From an uncultured bacterium (GTDB taxonomy: Bacteria > Patescibacteriota > Minisyncoccia > Moranbacterales > GWC2-37-73): 64,000 nucleotides of DNA. Position numbers and translations under genes: made by a program. The notes beneath the pieces are model-generated. The model had not been told where the DNA came from. It saw only the letters and a list, made by a program, of their open reading frames with translations, and ran no database searches. The stretch is from NCBI GenBank assembly GCA_903837175.1, contig CAILTR010000050.1, forward strand, positions 17,513-81,512, given 5' to 3'. Below are positions 57,646 through 64,000 of this stretch, piece after piece; the stretch's first letter is position 1, and every line of letters begins with the position of its first letter.

Positions 57646-58365
57646 TTAGCTTTTAACTTTTTCGCTTTCTTTATGCCTCAACCTAATTTCCGAAAATAAT
57701 TCTCCTTGCTCAACGTGAATTAGCCGTTGCTTGACCATTTCCAACATCGCCAAAAAAGAAACTACTACCTCAACTTTATCTTTCGCATTAGCAACCAGTT
57801 CCGCAAACGAGGTTTGGACTTTCTGGCGCAAGGTTTCCTGCAGATGCACAATTCGCTCTTCTAAAGTTAAGACTTCTTTAATCATTTCTTCTTCTAACTT
57901 TTCCACTATTGGAATTTCTCCTAAAACTTTTGCAAAAGCCTTGCGTAAATCCTCACTGGCAAGGTTGGTTGGCGGATAAAAAAATACATGCTGACCTAAA
58001 AAACTTTCGCGCGAAACGCAAGCCGTTGCTGCTTGCAGAATAACCGCTAAATTTTTCGCAGCGTCTTTAAATTTTTTATACTGCGCTAGTTGCTGCTCTA
58101 AATCCTTAATCTCTTCTTCCTCTTCTGGCGAAAATTCCAGCAGTGGTAATAGCGCTTTTGATTTAATTAAAATCAGTCGCGCTGCCACGGATAAAAAATC
58201 CGCTAAATTCTGGAGCGTAATATTTTCCGCCTGACTAATATACTGTAAATATTGATCCGCAATCTGCGCGAGACTCACTCGCGTGATATCCAACTTTTCC
58301 TGCTCCGTCAGCTGGAGCAGTAAATCCAACGGCCCTTCGAATTGTTCAATTTTAATATTATACAT
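57646..58365 (-). CDS. scpA: Segregation and condensation protein A (kleisin).
   Basis: ScpA N- and C-terminal conserved regions. Confidence 0.85.
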   Translation of the reverse strand: MYNIKIEQFEGPLDLLLQLTEQEKLDITRVSLAQIADQYLQYISQAENITLQNLADFLSVAARLILIKSKALLPLLEFSPEEEEEIKDLEQQLAQYKKFKDAAKNLAVILQAATACVSRESFLGQHVFFYPPTNLASEDLRKAFAKVLGEIPIVEKLEEEMIKEVLTLEERIVHLQETLRQKVQTSFAELVANAKDKVEVVVSFLAMLEMVKQRLIHVEQGELFSEIRLRHKESEKVKS

Positions 58366-58391
58366 AAACCCACAAATCTACAAATTAGCTA

Positions 58392-58616
58392 CCTTGCCTA
58401 CCGGCAGGCAGGCAAATCTACAAAATAAAAACTTGCATCCTGCATTCCCCTCCGCGCATTGCGCAGTGTGTAGGTAAAAGACGAACGATGAGCGTTAAAA
58501 AATTTTAAAACGCAGTGAGGTCAGCAGACCGAACGGAGTGGAAATTTTAGCGAAGAGCGAAGTCTTTGCCCCAGCAACAAGCACGTGCGGGATTTCCCTG
58601 CCTGCCGGTAGGCAAG
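58392..58616. repeat. Two inverted copies of a GC-rich palindromic element (58392-58418 and 58591-58616) flanking about 170 nt of unique, higher-GC non-coding sequence. MITE-like.
   Basis: cttgcctaccggcaggcagg at both ends in opposite orientation. No credible ORF between them. Confidence 0.6.
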
Positions 58617-58706
58617 TTTTGTAACTTTTCTATTAAAAGAAAAGTTAACCCTTGTAATTCTGGATTGCTTCGGATGATTACATCCTCGCAATAAAAAATA
58701 AAAAAA

Positions 58707-59915
58707 CTATTCCTCTAATCTTAACTCCTCCTCACTCTTATTATCCTCCAATCTAAACGCAGGATAAACTCCAACTAAAACCATTCCAGCTACCAAAATA
58801 AAAATATACTTCATCGGCGCGATAACCAGAAGCATTGCTGAGAGTCCCGTAGCAAGTAGGTAAGCTACCGCCCGTGTGGTACGGAAAAAACTGATTAAAT
58901 CAACATCGCGGCCATCAATCTTTTTATAAAAATAAGAATCCCGCAAAATTTCGACACTAGCCGCCCCAATCCGAGTTACTAGCAGAATTGCCGCCCAAGC
59001 AAAAATGGATTTTGAAGTCATAAAGAAAATAGCAAAAGTAGCGATACTCATAATCAGCAGTCCGCCAATAATCATTTCTTTTTCACCAAATTTTTTGTCG
59101 GCTAAAATTCCAATTGGATATTCTAAAGCCACGAAAGGAATTAGCATAATCGTAAAAGCGATTCCGATTTGTTGCCAAGAAAAGCCTAGCCCCAATAAAT
59201 AAAGCGGGGTATACACAATCATCAAAGCAAAAAAAGCTTCTAGGGCCAGCGAAACAATATAAATATTTAAAACATTTTTATTAGTTAAAATTTTCATCCC
59301 AATATCTTGCACCGTTAGTTTTCCACGGAATTTTCCATTAACCCCCCGCAGACCAACCAAAGCCACGACCAACATCAGGCAATTCAGAACCAGGGTCGCA
59401 ATAAATAAGCCTTCGAAGCCAAAACGTGCCAGCAGCTCCGTGGATAGAAAAGGCCCAACCATGATACCAGCGCTCAAAACCATTAAATGAAAGCCTCGAA
59501 TCCGACCAGATTTTTTATCTTCTGAATATTCTTCAATAATAACATCTAAGACTGTCCAAGAAAAATAATTAATAACAATGTACAACATCATTAAAATTGC
59601 TCCCACAATTGGCTGTTTAAGGAAAACCAAGCCAAACAAAAGATAAATCTGCAAAAGAAAAAACAAAAAGAAAGCTCCAGACTTTCCCATCAGCTTTACT
59701 AATTTATGCATATTCAGCAGCCCAATTAAAGCCACCACGTAAGCGATAAAATAAAAAGAACTAACGTTACGACTTTTTAGCATCTGACTAAAATAATCAG
59801 AAGTTACGTAAAGCAGTAGCGCCTCTGAAAAGCCAAACAAAAAAGAAATAAACCCCAAGAGTTTCAATTTCTTTTCATCCGCATGTTCCACGTGTTTACT
59901 TTTTTTATTTTTCAT
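58707..59915 (-). CDS. MFS transporter.
   Basis: Twelve TM helices. 402 aa. Confidence 0.85.
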   Translation of the reverse strand: MKNKKSKHVEHADEKKLKLLGFISFLFGFSEALLLYVTSDYFSQMLKSRNVSSFYFIAYVVALIGLLNMHKLVKLMGKSGAFFLFFLLQIYLLFGLVFLKQPIVGAILMMLYIVINYFSWTVLDVIIEEYSEDKKSGRIRGFHLMVLSAGIMVGPFLSTELLARFGFEGLFIATLVLNCLMLVVALVGLRGVNGKFRGKLTVQDIGMKILTNKNVLNIYIVSLALEAFFALMIVYTPLYLLGLGFSWQQIGIAFTIMLIPFVALEYPIGILADKKFGEKEMIIGGLLIMSIATFAIFFMTSKSIFAWAAILLVTRIGAASVEILRDSYFYKKIDGRDVDLISFFRTTRAVAYLLATGLSAMLLVIAPMKYIFILVAGMVLVGVYPAFRLEDNKSEEELRLEE

Positions 59916-59932
59916 TTTATTTTAACATCATT

Positions 59933-59986
59933 GCGATCCGCCCAGGGCGGAGAAGCAATCCAGAGCCGTGCCAAGCCCTGGATCGC
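59933..59986. repeat. GC-rich multi-hairpin element in the 5' leader of the MFS gene.
   Basis: Outer gcgatcc/ggatcgc enclosing ccgcccagggcgg and atccagagc...gccctggat. Confidence 0.5.
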
Positions 59987-60060
59987 CACGAATTTTTGAT
60001 TACAAAAATCCTCGCGATGACAAAAGTAAAAACATTTTATTAAAAAATTCGATATCTTCC

Positions 60061-60405
60061 TTACTGCTCTTTACTAGCAATTTTAATCATATTCTCTATT
60101 CTGGTCCGCGCTGAAAGAATCGACAGTGTTTCTACCTCAATTTCACAAGTAAAAGCCTGGGCAATTGAGGGAGACTTTTTAACAATTCCGGAAATTTCAA
60201 TCAAATAACCGAGTTTCAGATTGCCCGCCATCGCAAAAGCTTTTTCCTTATCAGGGATAATCACCGCGCTGGCCAAGGCTGACAGGTCTTTTATTTCTAA
60301 AAATAAAATTCCGCCATGATCTTCAATTTTTTCAACAATTCCACTAATCGTAACCTGCCCTCCAATATACTGTTCTAATTTTGAGATTTCAACTTGCTCG
60401 AGCAT
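60061..60405 (-). CDS. Stand-alone OB-fold (tRNA anticodon-binding-like) protein resembling the AspRS N-terminal domain.
   Basis: VTISGIVEKIEDHGGILFLEIKD parallels aspS VILTGWVHRRRDHGGIAFIDLRD. Confidence 0.55.
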   Translation of the reverse strand: MLEQVEISKLEQYIGGQVTISGIVEKIEDHGGILFLEIKDLSALASAVIIPDKEKAFAMAGNLKLGYLIEISGIVKKSPSIAQAFTCEIEVETLSILSARTRIENMIKIASKEQ

Positions 60406-60422
60406 AAATTACGTTTAAAAAA

Positions 60423-62210
60423 TTAACTTACGCTTTTAATATTAACCTCTCTTAGTTGTTTCTCATCCACCTGGCCAGGGCTATTCATCATCAAATCTCG
60501 ACCATGACCATCTTTAGGAAAAGCGTAAATATCCCGAATAGAATCCAGGTCATGCAAAACCATTAAGATGCGATCAATCCCAGGCGCATTTCCGCCATGC
60601 GGTGGAGCGCCAAATTTAAAAGCATTAATCAAAGCGCCAAAACGAGTATCCACCGCTTCTCTAGTATACCCCGCAATTTCAAAGGCTTTATACATAATTT
60701 CAGGATTATGATTGCGAATAGCTCCACTAGAAGCTTCAAAACCATTAATGATCATATCATATTGATAAGCTAAAATTTCCAGCGGCGGTTTCTCTTCTAG
60801 CGCTTTCAGGCCTCCCTGGGGCATCGAAAAAGGGTTGTGTTCAAAATCGATTTTACCATTTTCAATCTCCGAATAACCATACATTGGGAAATCTATTACC
60901 CAACACCAAGCCGCCTGCGTATTATCTTTAAGCCCTAATCTCTTCCCGCATTCATTACGCACAGCGCCTAAACTTAAACAAACAGTTCGCCAGCCGTCAG
61001 CTCCAAAGAAAATAATATCGCCAGCCTTTCCTCCAACTTCAGTAACAATTTTTCCAGCCAACTGCTCACCTAAAAATTTCACAATCGGTGATTGGAGTTG
61101 ACCATCTTCTTTAATAATAATATAAGCTAAGCCCTTTGCCTCTTTACCTTTAGCGATTTCTGTTAGCTCATCAATCTCCTTACGCGAAAATTTAGCTCCC
61201 CCCTCCACTCGCAAAGCGTGAACTACCCCACCATTTTTCACCGTTTCAGCAAAAACTGAAAAACCGCATTCTTTAACAATTTCAGTAATTTGAGCTATTG
61301 GCATCTCAAACCGTAAATCCGGCTTATCGGAACCATATAAATTCAAAGCATCTTTCCAAGAAATTTTCCGAAACCTGCCATTTTCTTCAAGCTTAACCAC
61401 TTTTTTCTTGGAAAATTTTTCCGTCAGTTCCAACATCAACGGTTCCATGATTGCAAAAATATCTTCTTGCTCGACAAAACTCATTTCCATATCCAATTGA
61501 TAAAATTCGCCATAATGCCGATCCATTCTGGGATCTTCATCCCGAAAGCAGGGCGCGATTTGAAAATATTTATCCAGCCCACCAATCATTAAAAGTTGCT
61601 TAAATTGTTGCGGAGCTTGGGGCAAGGCATAAAATTTTCCAGGATGAAAACGCGAGGGAACTAAGAAATCGCGCGCCCCTTCGGGCGAAGAATTAGCTAA
61701 AATTGGAGTTTGAACTTCGATAAAATCAAGTCGCTGAAAATAATCCCGCATATGCTGAATATATTTAGCCTTTAATTCTAACAAAGCTTGCATCGAGGGT
61801 CGTCGCAGATCGATAAAACGATATTGCAGCCTTAAGCTCTCATTAGCCTCGGCCGCCTTCTCTTCATCCAGTTCAAAGGGTGGGGTTTTCGCTTTATTTA
61901 AAATTTCCAGTTCAATTGCTTCAATTTCGATTGCTCCCGTTTTTAACTTTGCGTTAAGCATCTCGGCTGGCCGACTAACGACATTTCCAACAACTTTAAT
62001 TACCCATTCACTGCGTAACATGCTCACGGCTTCTAAAAGTTGCTGATTTTCAGTTGGATTAAATTTGATCTGCGTAAGACCATAGCGATCGCGCAAATCA
62101 ATAAAAGCAATCCCGCCATGATCTCTGCGACGGTGAACCCAGCCGGTTAAAATAACTTGCTGCCCAATATTTTCCTGCCCCAATTGTCCACAAGTGTGCG
62201 TTCGCATCAT
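60423..62210 (-). CDS. aspS: Aspartyl-tRNA synthetase (bacterial type with insertion domain).
   Basis: MMRTHTCGQL start, class II motifs, and the GAD insertion domain. Confidence 0.93.
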   Translation of the reverse strand: MMRTHTCGQLGQENIGQQVILTGWVHRRRDHGGIAFIDLRDRYGLTQIKFNPTENQQLLEAVSMLRSEWVIKVVGNVVSRPAEMLNAKLKTGAIEIEAIELEILNKAKTPPFELDEEKAAEANESLRLQYRFIDLRRPSMQALLELKAKYIQHMRDYFQRLDFIEVQTPILANSSPEGARDFLVPSRFHPGKFYALPQAPQQFKQLLMIGGLDKYFQIAPCFRDEDPRMDRHYGEFYQLDMEMSFVEQEDIFAIMEPLMLELTEKFSKKKVVKLEENGRFRKISWKDALNLYGSDKPDLRFEMPIAQITEIVKECGFSVFAETVKNGGVVHALRVEGGAKFSRKEIDELTEIAKGKEAKGLAYIIIKEDGQLQSPIVKFLGEQLAGKIVTEVGGKAGDIIFFGADGWRTVCLSLGAVRNECGKRLGLKDNTQAAWCWVIDFPMYGYSEIENGKIDFEHNPFSMPQGGLKALEEKPPLEILAYQYDMIINGFEASSGAIRNHNPEIMYKAFEIAGYTREAVDTRFGALINAFKFGAPPHGGNAPGIDRILMVLHDLDSIRDIYAFPKDGHGRDLMMNSPGQVDEKQLREVNIKSVS

Positions 62211-62292
62211 AAATAAGCTTTTGACGTTTGATTTTGAAACAAATAACTTCACCACCAAACCCGTTTTTATTCATTATCTCAGTTAAAATTTT

Positions 62293-63093
62293 CTACTCCC
62301 CAAATAATTCTTTTACTCTTCGCGAAAGATCACTAGGTACAACTTTCGTTTTTTCATAAAAATCCGTCACACCCATATCCAAAACTAATTTAATATCTTC
62401 CTCCGCTAACGAGGCTGACAAAACAATAATCGGAATATCTTTAGTTCTTTCATCCATTTTTAACTGGCGAATAATTTCATCTCCACTAACCGCCGGCATC
62501 GACATATCCGTAATAAAAAGATCATATTCATTTTCAGCCGCCATTTTAATTCCCCAGGATCCATTTTTAGCATATTCAACTGCATAGCCCTCATCTTCAA
62601 GTTTTTTTCCAAACATTTCCAAAAAAATTTCCTCGTCTTCAATTAGCAAAATTCTTTTTTTATCCATATTAACGGGCTGACCATTTCCGTTTAAGCGCTC
62701 CTTATTCTTTCGTTGCTCTTCATATTCATTCAATAGTCTTTGAATTTCAACCACTAACTCCGATGGATTATATTGAGTCTTTCCAATAAAGGCGTCCGCA
62801 CCATTTTCCCTGGCGTCCTTTTCGTATTCGGTTTTATTTAAATTACTAAGGACAATAACTTTAAGCTTCGGATCAAACTGACCACTCTGCTTTAGCTGTT
62901 TTAAAACATCCATCCCGCTCATTTCAGGTAAAACCATGTCCAATAAAATCAAATCAAATTTATCCTCACTAGCAAATTTTAAAACCTCCTTACCTGTTAC
63001 AGCATTAATAACCTCAAACCCAGCCAGTTCAAATTTCTTTTTATATATCTCTGCAATCATCGGATCATCCTCGACAAGCATTATTTTTACCAT
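62293..63093 (-). CDS. Response regulator with two tandem receiver domains and no output domain.
   Basis: Two copies of REC with a phospho-acceptor Asp (ILLDMVLP... and LFITDMSMP...). Confidence 0.8.
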   Translation of the reverse strand: MVKIMLVEDDPMIAEIYKKKFELAGFEVINAVTGKEVLKFASEDKFDLILLDMVLPEMSGMDVLKQLKQSGQFDPKLKVIVLSNLNKTEYEKDARENGADAFIGKTQYNPSELVVEIQRLLNEYEEQRKNKERLNGNGQPVNMDKKRILLIEDEEIFLEMFGKKLEDEGYAVEYAKNGSWGIKMAAENEYDLFITDMSMPAVSGDEIIRQLKMDERTKDIPIIVLSASLAEEDIKLVLDMGVTDFYEKTKVVPSDLSRRVKELFGE

Positions 63094-63245
63094 AGGAATT
63101 CTTACCTCATTAGAAAATAAACCACAGTTAAAGTATACCCAAAACAAAGGGGAAAAGCAAGCTAAACAAGTTATAAAGTTATAAAGTTTATAAAGTTCAT
63201 AAAGTTATAAAGTTTATAAAGCTTTAAAGGATTATAAAACGTACC

Positions 63246-64000
63246 TCATGATAAGCTAATTGTCTTTATGCGGTTTAATTTAGCAATAACTTCCTTGATA
63301 ATCCATTCGGGGGTTGAGGCTCCGGCGGTGACAGCGACAGTTTTCTTGCCAGAAAACCATTCCTGCTCTAACTGCTGAGCTTTTTGGATAAAATAAGAAT
63401 TTTTGTTGCTTCGTTTGGCTATTTCAAAAAGTCGCTTGGAGTTTGAACTCGCAGGGTCACCAATTACAATTATAACCTCATTGTTTTTTGCTAATGGACT
63501 AATTTCACTTTGACGCTCATGCGTGGCCAGACAAATTGAATCCAAAATTTGAGCCTCGGGATATTTTTTCAAAATCTCCTGCTCAGCAAATTGTACAAAT
63601 TCCTGGTCTTGAGTTGTTTGAGACAAAACCGCAATTGGCAACTTAGGATTTAAATGCATTTTTTTCAAATCGGCTTTATTTTCAATAAAGACAGCTTTTC
63701 CGCCACCCCATTGCGAAATTCCCACAACCTCCTTGTGTTCTTTTTCCCCAATAAGCACTAGCTGAAAATTTTTATCAGAAAAGTTTTTCGCTAGACACTG
63801 CACCTTAATCACCCGTGGACAAGTTGCGTCCACTAAGTCAATTTCATAATTTTTCGCTAGCGTATAAATTTCTGGCCCCATCCCGTGGGCTGTAATTACC
63901 AGCGTTCCAACCTTATTTTTTATTTTCTTAAAAAATTCCACCAACTCACATTCAACCTCAATTTTTTTTATTCCCAAGCTTTCTATTTTAGTCACGACCT
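63246..64000 (-). CDS. ispH: 4-hydroxy-3-methylbut-2-enyl diphosphate reductase IspH/LytB. Partial: the N-terminus lies beyond the window edge.
   Basis: TAHG, DATCP and the SNS...S.NS motifs. The first-Cys region is missing, so the gene continues past position 64000. Confidence 0.8.
   Translation of the reverse strand, partial: VVTKIESLGIKKIEVECELVEFFKKIKNKVGTLVITAHGMGPEIYTLAKNYEIDLVDATCPRVIKVQCLAKNFSDKNFQLVLIGEKEHKEVVGISQWGGGKAVFIENKADLKKMHLNPKLPIAVLSQTTQDQEFVQFAEQEILKKYPEAQILDSICLATHERQSEISPLAKNNEVIIVIGDPASSNSKRLFEIAKRSNKNSYFIQKAQQLEQEWFSGKKTVAVTAGASTPEWIIKEVIAKLNRIKTISLS

Overview
This window is AT-rich (roughly 35-40% GC) and reads like a reduced-genome bacterium of the Candidate Phyla Radiation / Patescibacteria type. 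Nearly every gene is on the minus strand.

The centre of the window (14.8-27.1 kb) is a complete S10-spc ribosomal-protein superoperon plus tuf. Its order is tuf, rpsJ, rplC, rplD, rplW, rplB, rpsS, rplV, rpsC, rplP, rpmC, rpsQ, rplN, rplX, rplE, rpsZ, rpsH, rplF, rplR, rpsE, rplO, secY, adk, map. There is no rpmD (L30) between rpsE and rplO, which fits a CPR lineage.

Other recognisable genes, by function:
- a cytoplasmic group-3 NiFe hydrogenase small subunit with hypC;
- glycolysis: fba, tpiA, pgk, eno and a PfkB-family sugar kinase;
- a glycosylation cluster of galT with four glycosyltransferases, plus a GT39/ArnT-like membrane glycosyltransferase;
- cell-wall and division genes: murB, murC, murG, ftsW, mraY, dacA-like, ftsA, scpA, scpB;
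- trmD, folC, lysS, aspS, greA, hpf, an SPFH/stomatin protein, a P-type ATPase, an MFS transporter, a two-receiver (REC-REC) response regulator, and a partial ispH at the right edge.

The window is riddled with several distinct families of intergenic repeats.
1. Family A is a ~100-bp element found in almost every spacer of the spc/S10 operon and also upstream of mraY and of a gene next to ftsA. It carries four ATTCG pentamers phased at about 10.5 bp.
2. Family B is a TACGAA-rich element at the remaining S10-operon junctions and, as an inverted pair, between ftsW and trmD.
3. GC-rich quasi-palindromic REP-like elements are scattered through the window. Two copies are inserted in-frame inside trmD and folC.
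4. CATGGAA-type heptamer microsatellites occur between genes and in-frame inside murC.
5. There is a family of AGCTAAAAGCTA-type repeats.

Other points of interest:
- a Bro-N (DinD-like) gene island flanked by hairpin repeats;
- a nonsense-mutated DUF3850/ASCH-like pseudogene next to two nucleoside-2-deoxyribosyltransferase-like genes, one fused to Nudix;
- an L24 with a Cys4 zinc ribbon;
- a free-standing AspRS-like OB-fold gene after aspS;
- two large uncharacterised proteins, one of which is a 613-aa protein with an HExxH motif;
- a bitopic membrane protein sitting where ftsZ would be expected after ftsA.

The genetic code appears standard (code 11): conserved genes are intact when TGA is read as stop.
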